Origin: a virus
IMG/VR virus record: IMGVR_UViG_3300023174_000077
Coordinates: 1 to 64,000 of that record
DNA: 64,000 nt
Reading direction: 5' to 3' (one strand)
The stretch's first letter is position 1. Each line of letters starts with the position of its first letter. Both the position numbers and the translations under genes were made by a program. Shown here piece by piece: positions 50,027 through 61,353 of the stretch. The notes beneath the pieces are model-generated. The model was given only the letters and a program-made list of their open reading frames with translations. It was not told the DNA's origin and did no database searches.

Positions 50027-51243
50027 TGAGTTCAAATGCTAATTATGGCAATTTTAATGCTACAATGTTTTCAAATGCTAATGATATTGATGCTTTATTT
50101 AAAAGCTTTGGTTTTGATGGGTTTGTTTCATGGTTTAATTCGAATATACAAAATACTTCTCCATGGAAACGAGATTATTTGAAACATACAACTATCTATA
50201 AAATCAATAAAGAAAATTGGAAAATTTTTTGGAGTAATATACCATTATTATTTCAAAAAAATTCAATAAATTTAATTGAATTTTTGTGTTTAAACTCAAT
50301 TGTTATCAATGAAACTGGGGGTTCTTTTTTATCAAAAGTTGAATCTGTTAATAGTGCTACAAATAAAACTGCTCCAGGTATAGCCTATGAATTTAATGGC
50401 GGAGGTGGTAAAGCTTCTTATAATACAATTGCTGGTAATTTAACAGCATATCAATGTTTTCGTGATCCAAATTATATACAAGCACATGGTACTAAAGGTT
50501 TAGCAAATATTTTAAAAAATACTACTAACACAGCTTGGAGTGGAACATCATTTCCAATTGGATTTTCAAAACTAAATATAGCTGATGAAGTTTCCGGAAA
50601 TGGAAAAGCAAATGGATTTTTGATTGAAGCAGATTTTTTTAAATTTAGAGGACGTGGGTATATACAATTAACTTCTCGTCCAAACTATAAAGAAATGGTT
50701 AAATTTATTTTATCTTATTCTGGAAATGATTCTTCTGTGATGAATGTTAAAAATAGTTGGAAAAAATATGGTTCTAATTTAGATACCATTTTAACATGTT
50801 CTCAAAATTCTGATTGGGATAGTTTATTTTTAAATAAAAATTATAGTTTAGCTCTTTGGTCAGTTGGTAATTATTTATCAAAACATTATAGGAAACCATT
50901 TCCAATAAATGCTGATGCAACACCAGCAAGTTTAAAATCAAGTATTGTTAATTTTGGTGCGAGTATTAGTGGCGGTGGAGTTAATGGTGCTTATCCACAA
51001 TTGTTTTACGAAAGAGTTATTATTCAATTAAATTTAATTAATAATTATAGTTCAGCACCTACTGCAATGCCATCATTTGCTGCAACCCCTACTCAACCTC
51101 AACAACAAGAAGAAAGTAGGTTAGAAAGAACAGGACAAGATCCGATGACACAAACTGCCGTAAGTGGACAATTAGCAAGTTTATCAAATCTTTTTCAACC
51201 AACAGGCAAACCAACTCCTATATCATTTGATGTGAATGCATAA
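50026..51243 (+). CDS. GH19-like lysozyme/chitinase-fold virion protein
   Basis: NETGG and FRGRGYIQLT.R.NY motifs. Confidence 0.7.
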   Translation: MSSNANYGNFNATMFSNANDIDALFKSFGFDGFVSWFNSNIQNTSPWKRDYLKHTTIYKINKENWKIFWSNIPLLFQKNSINLIEFLCLNSIVINETGGSFLSKVESVNSATNKTAPGIAYEFNGGGGKASYNTIAGNLTAYQCFRDPNYIQAHGTKGLANILKNTTNTAWSGTSFPIGFSKLNIADEVSGNGKANGFLIEADFFKFRGRGYIQLTSRPNYKEMVKFILSYSGNDSSVMNVKNSWKKYGSNLDTILTCSQNSDWDSLFLNKNYSLALWSVGNYLSKHYRKPFPINADATPASLKSSIVNFGASISGGGVNGAYPQLFYERVIIQLNLINNYSSAPTAMPSFAATPTQPQQQEESRLERTGQDPMTQTAVSGQLASLSNLFQPTGKPTPISFDVNA

Positions 51244-51260
51244 AAATGAATATATAAGAT

Positions 51261-53378
51261 ATGGATACAAATACACCTATTATAAATAGTCAACCAAGTG
51301 CCTATCAAAAGGAAGTAGCTTCAAATCTCGGTAATATACCATTTGTGTATTATAATGGCATACAAATAGATGTAAATAATATACAGAATTTTAGATTATA
51401 TTATAAATCTGGATTACCTTATCTTTCGATTATATTTTATGATACACTTAATTTGATGAAAGATAAAGCTATGCCGCTTGATGATTCTAAAATTAAAGTA
51501 TTTATTAATCCAAAATCTACTCAATTAAAAGAAATTTTAATACAATTTAAAATAACCAGTTTTGATGTTAATGGTAGTGTTTATTTAATAACTGGTGTAT
51601 TAGATGTTGATTTATTACAAGTTAGTGTATATAAATCCTATTCTAATATGACATCGCACAAAGCACTTCAAACTATAGCACAAGAATGTGGTTTAGGTTT
51701 TAATACAAATATAGACGACACTGACGATAAAATGACTTGGATTAATCCTGGAAATCATGTATTCAATTTTATTGACGAAATAGTTGAAACGGCATATAGA
51801 TCTGACACAGCTTTTCTTTCATATTACATTGATTATTACTATAACTTAAACTTTGTGGATGTAGCAAAGGAGTTGGATAGAAATGTTGATAATCAAGTTG
51901 GTGTATCAGATAAATCTTTAGACGAAGCATTTAACACTGGTGGTGAAGAACGGTTAACAACATTATTATTTAGTAATGATTATTCAATGTCTGAAACAAA
52001 TAATTATTTCAATTCATATAGGATAATTAATAATTCAACTTTAGTTTCTTTGAATTCAGGTTATAAAAATATTATAAAGTATTATGATGAATTAGAAAAA
52101 GATTTTTTAATTTTTAATGTAGATTCGATAACATCGCAAACCCCTGGTAAAATAATTTTAAAAGGGCAACCACAAGATGATAATTTTTTTCAATTAAATA
52201 CAAACACTTATTATTTAGGTAAATTTGATTCGGACAATGTGCATAAAAACTACAATTACGCTATACTTCAAAATGATAAAAATCTTTTTGATTTACAAAA
52301 AATAGTTTTAGAAATCAATCTTAGCAATCCAAATTATGCAGTTTATAAATACCAAAAAGTAAAATTATTTATATCAAACCAAGTTAGCACACCATCTGCT
52401 GATTTGACTAATAACCGTTTAAGTGGAGATTGGTTAATAATAGATATTGAATATAATTATGAAAATAAAAGTTATAGTCAAAAAATTAAATTGATAAAAC
52501 GTGAACTTGAGTTATCACCAGAAGAATTAAATGCGGAACCACAAATTAATTTACAAACTCATACTGGTGAAAATACTACAAATCCAGAAGTTCCTGTAAA
52601 TAATAATCAATTATTGCCGCCTGGTCCAAATGAAACCGCTTCTAATGGCACAGCTTCTAATATTGATTCGATTTTAACAAAAAATATATGGAGATTAATT
52701 TATCAGGGAAGAGTTAAGCCAGCAATAATAGAAACTATGTATGGTCCAATTGTTAGCGCAATGGAACAATATGATATAAATACACCTAATAGAATAATTT
52801 CTTTTTTGTCACAAATTAATATAGAAACTGGATGGTTAAAATATGTGACAGAATTAGGAGATGGTTCGCAATATAACAATAATCAAAATTTAGGAAACGG
52901 CCCAAATGATGGTATAACATATAAAGGTAGAGGTTTGATACAATTAACTGGTAAAAAAAATTATAAAAAAGCGGGTGAATACTTAAATAAAAATTTGGTT
53001 AAGTATCCTACTACTGTTGCGGCGGATAAAGATACACATATAAAAGCAGCAGATACACAAGAACAATTAAGTAATTCAGCTTTAGTTAGTATTATTTACT
53101 GGTTAAAAATGTCTTCTTGGGGTGATTTAAATAAATATGCTGATTCTTTGAATGTTAAAAAAACATTAAGTTCAAATGGAACAAATCCACCTAATTCTCA
53201 AAAAGAAGCTTCTTCTTTAGGATATAAGCGAGAAAAAAGTAATAATTTTGCTACAAAAGTAAATGGTGATAGTAATTTATTAAACTTTACTTTAATTTGT
53301 TTCGGAGTAAATGGTGGTTATAATGGATACTCTGAAAGAATATCCGAATATAATAGAATAAGAAACTTTTTTGTTTAA
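51261..53378 (+). CDS. Baseplate hub-like protein fused to a GH19 peptidoglycan hydrolase
   Basis: Hub-like LSGDWLI.DI.Y end of the N domain; FLSQ..IETG, YKGRGLIQLTGKKNY and VNGG.NG..ER motifs. Confidence 0.75.
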   Translation: MDTNTPIINSQPSAYQKEVASNLGNIPFVYYNGIQIDVNNIQNFRLYYKSGLPYLSIIFYDTLNLMKDKAMPLDDSKIKVFINPKSTQLKEILIQFKITSFDVNGSVYLITGVLDVDLLQVSVYKSYSNMTSHKALQTIAQECGLGFNTNIDDTDDKMTWINPGNHVFNFIDEIVETAYRSDTAFLSYYIDYYYNLNFVDVAKELDRNVDNQVGVSDKSLDEAFNTGGEERLTTLLFSNDYSMSETNNYFNSYRIINNSTLVSLNSGYKNIIKYYDELEKDFLIFNVDSITSQTPGKIILKGQPQDDNFFQLNTNTYYLGKFDSDNVHKNYNYAILQNDKNLFDLQKIVLEINLSNPNYAVYKYQKVKLFISNQVSTPSADLTNNRLSGDWLIIDIEYNYENKSYSQKIKLIKRELELSPEELNAEPQINLQTHTGENTTNPEVPVNNNQLLPPGPNETASNGTASNIDSILTKNIWRLIYQGRVKPAIIETMYGPIVSAMEQYDINTPNRIISFLSQINIETGWLKYVTELGDGSQYNNNQNLGNGPNDGITYKGRGLIQLTGKKNYKKAGEYLNKNLVKYPTTVAADKDTHIKAADTQEQLSNSALVSIIYWLKMSSWGDLNKYADSLNVKKTLSSNGTNPPNSQKEASSLGYKREKSNNFATKVNGDSNLLNFTLICFGVNGGYNGYSERISEYNRIRNFFV

Positions 53379-53409
53379 TTAGAACTTATTACTTATTAAT
53401 ATATAATTT

Positions 53410-55089
53410 ATGGCACAAGCATTCGAAAATCATAATAAACCACTTGATTTAATTTTAGGTGGAGATGATGGTCTTTTTAGTAATTTAGATGGTTATATAT
53501 CTGAAAATATGAAAAATGGAGCATTAAGTATATCAAATGCTATTAAAGATGACTATTCGTTGAGAGATAACCTTGAAGAATGGTTATTTAGACATTATTT
53601 AGAAGATTTAGGGATAACATATCCTTATGGTTATTTATCGAGTGATATTAATAAAACACCAGTTGAAAATGAAGATCCAATATCATTTGGTTATGATATT
53701 ATTATTGATTATACAAATTCGCCATTATTTAATGGATCAATTGAAAATTTTTGTCAAAATTTTACAGCTATAACAGAATTAAATTCGAGAATTGGTGTAA
53801 TTAAAGAATTTAAAAAACAATTTTTTAAATTCTTTAAAATTGATTCACCATCAAGTTTAGGAGATTCTCCTGATAAATATAGTAATATTGCTAGAAGTCA
53901 ACAAAGGGTTAGAAGTTATTATTTGAAAAAATTATCTGGACTTGATTCTTTAACTGAAAAAATTAATTCAGATACTGCAAAACAATTTGTAGATTATGGT
54001 AAAGATTATCTAACTTTAACTCTAAATGAAGATATTTCTGTTAGTATGGGTTATTTAGCATCTTTATATAAAATGTTAAGTTGGTCAAGATTAAATGGTA
54101 AAAATATGTTTCCGGAAAATCTTTTAAGATTTGATATGACTATTGTAGTAACAGAGGCGAGAAAATATAATAGAGTTTCATATACAACTGGAAAAAGTGT
54201 TGAATATACCGATATTATTTCAAGATATGTTTATCGTGTTTATGAATGTCAAATGTTTTTTGAAACTTTATCACACGGTGATACAATTGATATGACGAAA
54301 TTGGATATTTCAGAAGGGTTTGATATGAAAATAAATTATAAATATGCTACAATGGAATTTGATTGGTTGCGTAATTTTGATTTAGTAAATCAAAAAGTAT
54401 CAACTTTATATAATTCTAAATTAGCCATATTAAATAATGCATTAGCAGATTTTACAAAAATTCCTTCAAGTTTAACTGGAATCTCTGTGATAACAGATAA
54501 CAAAATTGAAACTTTTACCGATACACAAGACTTAAATAAAGTTCCAAATAGTGTAAATGTTGGTGATTCTACTATATTTGGTTATTATCATTCTGATTCT
54601 GGTTGGAGAGATACCGCAAGAAGTTCAACTGAAACATGGCAAGATGATAAAAACACATTAAAGTATCAATTATTAAATAAAACTTTAGAAAATATTAAAA
54701 ATAATTTTAATTTAAATGCTGGGACAATCGTATCTGGGTTTATGGATAATGGTGAGTGGATTTATAATATAGATGCTTATTCACAAAATGATTCTGAAAA
54801 TTTTGGTGATTCTATTTTATCTAATTTAATTAATTCTTTTATTGGTTCTATAAATTCTGGATTTACTGAAGATGGATGGTCATATAATCGAACTGCTTAT
54901 TATGTTAATAGAACTTTTAATTCTTTAAACAATAGTATATCAAGAGCATTAGGTATGAATTTTCAATTAAATACAACAAGAAGTGGTAGTTATCAAATGG
55001 GTTTAACAAATGACGGAATACAAATAGATTCGGTTGATTGGCTTAATTCACGATTAGCACATAATGTGACATCACATCCAAGAAGATAA
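53410..55089 (+). CDS. Putative virion structural protein
   Basis: Late motif upstream; located within the baseplate cluster. Confidence 0.55.
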   Translation: MAQAFENHNKPLDLILGGDDGLFSNLDGYISENMKNGALSISNAIKDDYSLRDNLEEWLFRHYLEDLGITYPYGYLSSDINKTPVENEDPISFGYDIIIDYTNSPLFNGSIENFCQNFTAITELNSRIGVIKEFKKQFFKFFKIDSPSSLGDSPDKYSNIARSQQRVRSYYLKKLSGLDSLTEKINSDTAKQFVDYGKDYLTLTLNEDISVSMGYLASLYKMLSWSRLNGKNMFPENLLRFDMTIVVTEARKYNRVSYTTGKSVEYTDIISRYVYRVYECQMFFETLSHGDTIDMTKLDISEGFDMKINYKYATMEFDWLRNFDLVNQKVSTLYNSKLAILNNALADFTKIPSSLTGISVITDNKIETFTDTQDLNKVPNSVNVGDSTIFGYYHSDSGWRDTARSSTETWQDDKNTLKYQLLNKTLENIKNNFNLNAGTIVSGFMDNGEWIYNIDAYSQNDSENFGDSILSNLINSFIGSINSGFTEDGWSYNRTAYYVNRTFNSLNNSISRALGMNFQLNTTRSGSYQMGLTNDGIQIDSVDWLNSRLAHNVTSHPRR

Positions 55090-55097
55090 ATTAATTT

Positions 55098-56567
55098 ATG
55101 ATAGAAAGAATTGGTGATAAATTATATGTAGGTGTAGTAGAAGATAATAGTGATCCAAAACATCTTGGTAGAGTCAAAGTAAGGGTTCAAGCAATTTTTG
55201 ATAATATACCTACTGCTGACATACCTTGGGCTATGCCTTATAAAGATGTTAACGGTAATTCATTTAATACACCAGAAAAAGGTAAAGTAGTTGGTGTAGT
55301 GTTTAACAGTGGAACAATTTACAAACCTGAATATATTTATGCGGAACATTACAATATAAATCTTGAAAAAAAATTAAGTTCTTTATCAGATGATGATTAT
55401 TTAAGTTTCAAAGCAGTTTTATTTGATGGACCAACTCAAATATGGAGAACAAAAACAGATGGATTAAAAATTGATCATGAATTTTCGAATATAAATATCG
55501 ATGCTAATGCTAATATAAATTTAAATGCAAGAGATAATAATTCAAAAATTAATTTAGGTTCCAATGATGCAGCAGAGGCTGCAGTATTGGGTTCAAGTTT
55601 TTTTGGTTGGCTTGATAGAGTTATTGAGCTTATGAGTAGCAACACCGCTTTTATTGCAAATGGTTCTCCTGTTGCAAGTTCTCCTGCTTTAATTGATTTG
55701 TTAGTTGAATACAAATCATCAAAAGAACAAAAGTTTTTAAGTGATAATGTTTGGCTTAATAAAAATGGTGAAGTAATTGCACAACAAAGAGATTATATAA
55801 ATCAAATAGGAGATAGTTGGAAATCTACTGTTGAAACTAACAATTTATCTAGCATAGGTGATGCACCATATACACCACAAGAAAGGGATGAAACTGGACG
55901 ACCAATTAATAAAGATAGTTCATTACCGAATGATACTTTTGAACAAACCATAACTTCAGAAGCTTCTGGCGCATCTACAATTACTGGTATGGAAGGATTT
56001 ACTAATGGACAAATTCCTATTAATAATATGAAATTAAATAAAAATCTTTCTAAAAATTTAGATGGAGATGCTGCTTATTTAATGGCTGCTGCTTCTGATT
56101 CATTAGATGCTATGATAGCAGCATTTAATGCTTCTTCATTTAATGGAAAACAAAAATTGATTTTTACCGATGGTTATAGAAGCTTGAAAAGACAACAAGC
56201 ACTTTTTAATAAATATGGTTCTGGTAGAGCAGCTAAACCAGGAACTTCTAATCATGGTTGGGGCATTGCGATTGATATGTTTTGGGGTGTTAAAACAGGT
56301 ATGTATAAAGATACCAGTAAAAGACCTTCTGGGTATAAACATCCTAATTATGTTTGGTTTTTAAATAATGGATGGAAGTATGGTTGGATAAATCCTGCTA
56401 AATTAAGAGATAATTCTGGAACTGATGAATGGTGGCATTGGGAATATCATCCAGAGTATAAGGGAAAGAATCCTTTAGTAGATTCTCCAATAAACACGGC
56501 TTATCAGGGTAATTTTACTGCTGCTGATATAGCAAATATAAAAAATGCAGGAGGAACATTTACATAA
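55098..56567 (+). CDS. gp5/VgrG-like baseplate spike (OB fold) fused to an M15B D,D-peptidase
   Basis: GVVEDN.DP..LGRVKVRV...PWA; GYRS...Q, PGTSNHGWG.AID and EWWHW motifs. Confidence 0.85.
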   Translation: MIERIGDKLYVGVVEDNSDPKHLGRVKVRVQAIFDNIPTADIPWAMPYKDVNGNSFNTPEKGKVVGVVFNSGTIYKPEYIYAEHYNINLEKKLSSLSDDDYLSFKAVLFDGPTQIWRTKTDGLKIDHEFSNINIDANANINLNARDNNSKINLGSNDAAEAAVLGSSFFGWLDRVIELMSSNTAFIANGSPVASSPALIDLLVEYKSSKEQKFLSDNVWLNKNGEVIAQQRDYINQIGDSWKSTVETNNLSSIGDAPYTPQERDETGRPINKDSSLPNDTFEQTITSEASGASTITGMEGFTNGQIPINNMKLNKNLSKNLDGDAAYLMAAASDSLDAMIAAFNASSFNGKQKLIFTDGYRSLKRQQALFNKYGSGRAAKPGTSNHGWGIAIDMFWGVKTGMYKDTSKRPSGYKHPNYVWFLNNGWKYGWINPAKLRDNSGTDEWWHWEYHPEYKGKNPLVDSPINTAYQGNFTAADIANIKNAGGTFT

Positions 56568-56592
56568 GATATATAAATAAACTTTAATAATT

Positions 56593-57924
56593 ATGGGTGA
56601 ATTACAAGATAAAGTTAAATTGTCTGACGAAAAAATTAATCAAATTTTAGAAATTTTAGCACAAGATCAAATTATTAATATGTTTGATGAAGAAGCTATT
56701 GGTTTATTGAAATTTATTGAATTAAATATGCTTACTCATCGTCAAATAGTTAAAAAGATTTTTTCATATAACCCACAATTAACAGATAGAGTTTTAAATT
56801 TAATGTTATGGGGACAAGATTTGGAAGAAATTCAAGGTTCAAATTACAAAGCATATTGGAGCGAAACAGAAGATTTTGTTAATTTTAACACTGATTTCCC
56901 ACCAATGGATATAAGAGGAATTGTAAAAGAGAAAGTTCATGATTTAATAATTGAAATTAGAAAAGAAATTAGAACAATAGAAAGTGGCATTATTCAATTA
57001 ATTGATAAATTACCAAAAGCAGTCACCGAAGCTATTACTGGCATTTCTGCAGTTGTTATTCCACAAGGACAAATGCCTCCAGCACCAATGGTAGGAACAA
57101 ATCCTTTGGCCGCTTCTCAAATCTCATTAAAATTACATAATACATCACATGTATTAAATAATGTTATTAAAAGTATTTTAGATGCAACTAGAGTTTTGAC
57201 ATCTGCTAATAAATTAACAATTGGTGTATCTGGAAATGCAGTAGCTCCAATTGCTTTTCCAAAAATAGTTCAACCAGCTATAAATGGAGCACCCGCTATA
57301 AGTATACCGGAATTTATAACTATACCACCTATACCAAAATTACATTTATTGTTACCTGATGAAGTATTGATCACATTATATGATAAATTGATTAATCCTA
57401 TATTAGATTTAACTGTTAAATTAGCTGAAATTGTTGTTGGTTTGGATACCGCTGCTTTAGCATTAGATGCGATTGCATTAGGTCCAGCAAATGCTATTTT
57501 ATTAGGATTACAAAATACATTAAAAAAACAATTATTTGTTTTAGCATCTACTGCTTTAAATGCAGTTAAAACAGCAGTTCCTGCTGGTGGCTCATTTGGT
57601 GCTTCGATTAATGATGCAAATGCTTCAGCAACTGCAATGAAACAAGCACAAGATCAATATAATAAAAATTTAGAAGAATATAAAAAGCAAAATACACAGG
57701 ATTCCGAAAACCAATATGTTCAAGATTATCAATCAAAAAATGGAAATTCAATATTTGACATAACGAATGCTAAAAAAGCATGGAATAGTTATATAATTGG
57801 ATTGTATGATAAACTGAAACTTGATATTGATAATATAAATAACGCAAGCAAAAAATTGCCTGGTGGTGAAAATTCTAAAATGGATTATTCTTTGATTCCT
57901 CAACCATATTTGGTATCTCTATAA
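56593..57924 (+). CDS. Hypothetical (probable virion) protein
   Basis: ORF track; follows the spike gene. Confidence 0.65.
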   Translation: MGELQDKVKLSDEKINQILEILAQDQIINMFDEEAIGLLKFIELNMLTHRQIVKKIFSYNPQLTDRVLNLMLWGQDLEEIQGSNYKAYWSETEDFVNFNTDFPPMDIRGIVKEKVHDLIIEIRKEIRTIESGIIQLIDKLPKAVTEAITGISAVVIPQGQMPPAPMVGTNPLAASQISLKLHNTSHVLNNVIKSILDATRVLTSANKLTIGVSGNAVAPIAFPKIVQPAINGAPAISIPEFITIPPIPKLHLLLPDEVLITLYDKLINPILDLTVKLAEIVVGLDTAALALDAIALGPANAILLGLQNTLKKQLFVLASTALNAVKTAVPAGGSFGASINDANASATAMKQAQDQYNKNLEEYKKQNTQDSENQYVQDYQSKNGNSIFDITNAKKAWNSYIIGLYDKLKLDIDNINNASKKLPGGENSKMDYSLIPQPYLVSL

Positions 57925-59493
57925 ATTAATTTTTATTATTTTATATGGATATTTTCTTTTAACATAAAATGTTTCTCTTTCTAAAAATTGTTTAAAGAAT
58001 ATATTTTTTGGATCTTTTTCAAAAACATCAACTAAATCAAAAACATTAGCAGTATTTTTACCACTAAATAATCTTAATATACGACCGATAGATTGTATAA
58101 TAATTTGTTCAGACTTAAATGAATCTGCAAAAACCACATTAAAAAGATTTTTAATTGATACACCTGTTGATAAAGTTCCATAAGATGCTATAAGTATTCT
58201 TACTTTACCATCATTTAATTCCATTTGTTTTTTGATTTCTTCTCTTTGTTTTGTTCCAATTTCACCATCAATATAATAAAATTCTTTATCGCTAATATCT
58301 TTTTGTAATTTTTCTAAAATTTTTTGACCATATTCAATAGTATGAAATAATACCAAAGTATTATTGGTGCATTTTTCAACTATTTTTTTAATAAAATCTA
58401 ATCTTTTATCAGAAACATGTATATATTCTTTTTCAATCAAGTATGCTGCTTGCCCAGCTCCTTGTTTTTTGACATAATTTATTTTATCATTAAATTCTTT
58501 ATCATTATGATTCAAAATTAATACTTTTATATCCATAGGAGTAATAATTCCCTTTTCAATTAAAGTTTTTGCTTCTACATTTGAAATTATAGGTCCCAAA
58601 ACAGATTGTATATAAAGTATTTCCATTGTTTCTTCAGTTGGAAATGTTCCAGATACACCATAACGATTATATGCAAAGCCAAATGTTTTTGATAAAATTG
58701 TTTTTAATGATTTTGCCTTACAAGTATGTGCCTCATCACATGCTACTGTATGAAATTGCTCAAAAAATTCCTTTGGATAATTTACTAATGATTGATATGT
58801 GCCGATACAAATATTAGGATTTTCAGAATTAGAATGTTTTCGTGGTCTATCAGACATAATTTCTTCAATATTTAATTGCAGAGGATTAAGATTTCCACCA
58901 TCTAATTCTTTATTTCCACCAATGTTGTAATCAATAATGTCATCAAAAAATTGTGTTACGAGTGATATAGATGGAACAATTAAAAGCATTTTTGCATCTG
59001 GATTGATATGTAAAAGTGTATAAAAAAATACAATTGATATAATTAATGATTTGCCACCAGAGGTTGCTACTTCGGCTAAACAATAACGATTTTTTAAAAT
59101 TTTAAAAGCAGTTTCTATTTGATGATCATAAGGCATAAAAGGAACCCATTGTCCATCTTTTTTAACTTTATGATTTTTAAAAAAATCTTTACAAAATGCT
59201 TGCACTTGCTCTAATGTAACATTTCTATTAATTGGGAAATCTTCTTTATTGGTGATTGTAAATTTAGTATCAATAATTTGGCATGCTTTTAAGCATTCTC
59301 TCCAAAGTCCTAAATTAATTTTCCCATTATGGAAAACAGTATCTTTTCCGTTCCAATATCCCGCTTTAAAAGCAGGAGTGAAGCGGTAGCCTTTAGGGTT
59401 ACGAGTTAACCATATTTCTAATTGGTGATATTCTGTTCGTGTTGCTTGTGAAACAATAAACTTTTCGGTTTGAGGATCGTATGTAAGTTCCAT
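57919..59493 (-). CDS. uvsW: UvsW-like SF2 helicase
   Basis: ATSGGKS, DEAH, SGT, STGVSIKNL and QSIGR.LR motifs; T4-like N-terminus. Confidence 0.9.
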   Translation of the reverse strand: MELTYDPQTEKFIVSQATRTEYHQLEIWLTRNPKGYRFTPAFKAGYWNGKDTVFHNGKINLGLWRECLKACQIIDTKFTITNKEDFPINRNVTLEQVQAFCKDFFKNHKVKKDGQWVPFMPYDHQIETAFKILKNRYCLAEVATSGGKSLIISIVFFYTLLHINPDAKMLLIVPSISLVTQFFDDIIDYNIGGNKELDGGNLNPLQLNIEEIMSDRPRKHSNSENPNICIGTYQSLVNYPKEFFEQFHTVACDEAHTCKAKSLKTILSKTFGFAYNRYGVSGTFPTEETMEILYIQSVLGPIISNVEAKTLIEKGIITPMDIKVLILNHNDKEFNDKINYVKKQGAGQAAYLIEKEYIHVSDKRLDFIKKIVEKCTNNTLVLFHTIEYGQKILEKLQKDISDKEFYYIDGEIGTKQREEIKKQMELNDGKVRILIASYGTLSTGVSIKNLFNVVFADSFKSEQIIIQSIGRILRLFSGKNTANVFDLVDVFEKDPKNIFFKQFLERETFYVKRKYPYKIIKINL

Positions 59494-59536
59494 AAAAGTT
59501 ATATTAAAATAAATAAGAAGGTTTAATATATAGTGT

Positions 59537-60457
59537 ATGAAATATTTAAAGTATTTTGAATCAAAGGTAATACCTTTTAAAAAAATATATTCTGATTATA
59601 GAACTATAGATATAGAAAATTTGAAACCATTGAAGGATTCTGATACAATTATAGTATATCATGGATTTTATAGTTTATCTGATGCTAAAATTGCATTAAC
59701 ACAAGGTTTATCAGGACAAGATATTGCTAAAAGAGTTTATAGTTATGAATCTGGTAATAATAAAAAAGGGCTATTTGTCTCAATTGATTTCAATGTGGTT
59801 AAAAGACGATTTTCATCTTCTGGTATAATAATTGAATTTGCAGCAAAAGTTGCTGATTTAGAAGCACCAATATGGGTGGAGGGTAGATATTATACACAAG
59901 GAGAATATACCAAATCATTTACTGATTGGAATCATGAAACTGGAACTTCAAAACAGAGAGAAGAACAAAGATTAAAACAAAGAAAGCAATTAGCAAATAG
60001 CGAGTATGATTTTATAAGATTAAGCGATAGACCTGAATTGGCCGAATCTTTATATTTAAATTCTGAAAATCAAGCACTTTTTGTTGGGAATTTAAATCCA
60101 AATATGATTAAAGCGGTATGGTATAATTCAAAAGAAAAATATAATGACCCTTGGAAAAGATTTACAACCAAGGAATTTACAAAAAAATTTAGTTTGAAAA
60201 AGGATAAATACAAATATCCACACCGTCAATATTTACCAAATGATGAATTCACAATTGAAGATTTTAAAAGAAGAGTTTTTAAATTCTCAAAAACACCACA
60301 AGAAGCTGAAGAAATGTTCCAAAACTATTTGGAACATTATTTAAACGATAAGTACGCTAATAGATATGAATTGAGACAAATGGGATTTTTTCCAAAACAA
60401 ATTGCTGAAATTTTGCGTTTAAGAGATACTAATGATTTTGACAAATGGATTAAATAA
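59537..60457 (+). CDS. Protein with MKYLKYFES motif, possible ADP-ribosyltransferase-like fold
   Basis: VYHG...GL...GLFVS...IIEF pattern; late motif upstream. Confidence 0.5.
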   Translation: MKYLKYFESKVIPFKKIYSDYRTIDIENLKPLKDSDTIIVYHGFYSLSDAKIALTQGLSGQDIAKRVYSYESGNNKKGLFVSIDFNVVKRRFSSSGIIIEFAAKVADLEAPIWVEGRYYTQGEYTKSFTDWNHETGTSKQREEQRLKQRKQLANSEYDFIRLSDRPELAESLYLNSENQALFVGNLNPNMIKAVWYNSKEKYNDPWKRFTTKEFTKKFSLKKDKYKYPHRQYLPNDEFTIEDFKRRVFKFSKTPQEAEEMFQNYLEHYLNDKYANRYELRQMGFFPKQIAEILRLRDTNDFDKWIK

Positions 60458-60467
60458 ACTCATCTAA

Positions 60468-61346
60468 TTAGATGAGTTTATTTTTATTTAAGAAACCATA
60501 TTTTTTAAATAATTTATATGTTAATATTTTATACCACGGCAAATCACTAACAAAATTAATATTAAGCTTATCATAAGCATATTTAGCATTTTCCGAACAA
60601 TTGTCTATTTTACCAGACCATTTTATAACTTCCTGATTGATGTTGATATTTGATTCGACTAAGAATACCCCATTTCCATTTAATTCTGCTGAACGTCCTA
60701 CTAATATAGTATTATCAGATTGATTGGTATTGACGAAAACTTTAAAATTATTTAATGTGCCTACCTGAAATATTTTTTGTTCAAGTTGGAAGGTGTCACT
60801 GACTCTGCTTAGTGTTGTGTAACAAAAATTTGCCGAATCTTGAATTATTGGTAAAAATTTTGGACTTATTACTATAAATGTTGCAGCTCCAAGACGAGAA
60901 TTTACAGCTATAAGATTTGAAAGAATTGTAATTCTTGTTATTAAGCTTCTAAATTCTGTTGCATCATCTTTATTTGTATCATTTATTAAAATATCGGCAT
61001 CTCCTTTAATCCATTTTGTAAATTTAGTCCAAATGTTAGTTTGTTCTGTTCGTGTATTTTTATATGATTTATCATTTTTATCTGCTAATTCTACATATTT
61101 ATCATATAATTGTTGTGATAAATTATTAATTAAAATTGATTTACTAGATTTAACAAAAGTATATTGCTCACATTTAAAAGTTTTTTTATTAATACCTAAA
61201 CTAATAGTTGAATAAGAAGTAGTTTCATCTTTTGTGATTGATTGATCAATATAACTGATTTGAAATTCCGGTTTATCTGTTTTATAAATAGCTGCTGTAT
61301 TTAAAAATGACGAATTTAGATAATTTGTTTCATTATTTTTATTCAT
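60468..61346 (-). CDS. Divergent major-capsid (gp23/gp24)-like fragment
   Basis: SRLGAATFIVISP...VGTLN.FKVFVN...ILVGR resembles the gp23 C-terminal half. Confidence 0.5.
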   Translation of the reverse strand: MNKNNETNYLNSSFLNTAAIYKTDKPEFQISYIDQSITKDETTSYSTISLGINKKTFKCEQYTFVKSSKSILINNLSQQLYDKYVELADKNDKSYKNTRTEQTNIWTKFTKWIKGDADILINDTNKDDATEFRSLITRITILSNLIAVNSRLGAATFIVISPKFLPIIQDSANFCYTTLSRVSDTFQLEQKIFQVGTLNNFKVFVNTNQSDNTILVGRSAELNGNGVFLVESNININQEVIKWSGKIDNCSENAKYAYDKLNINFVSDLPWYKILTYKLFKKYGFLNKNKLI

Positions 61347-61353
61347 TTTATAT

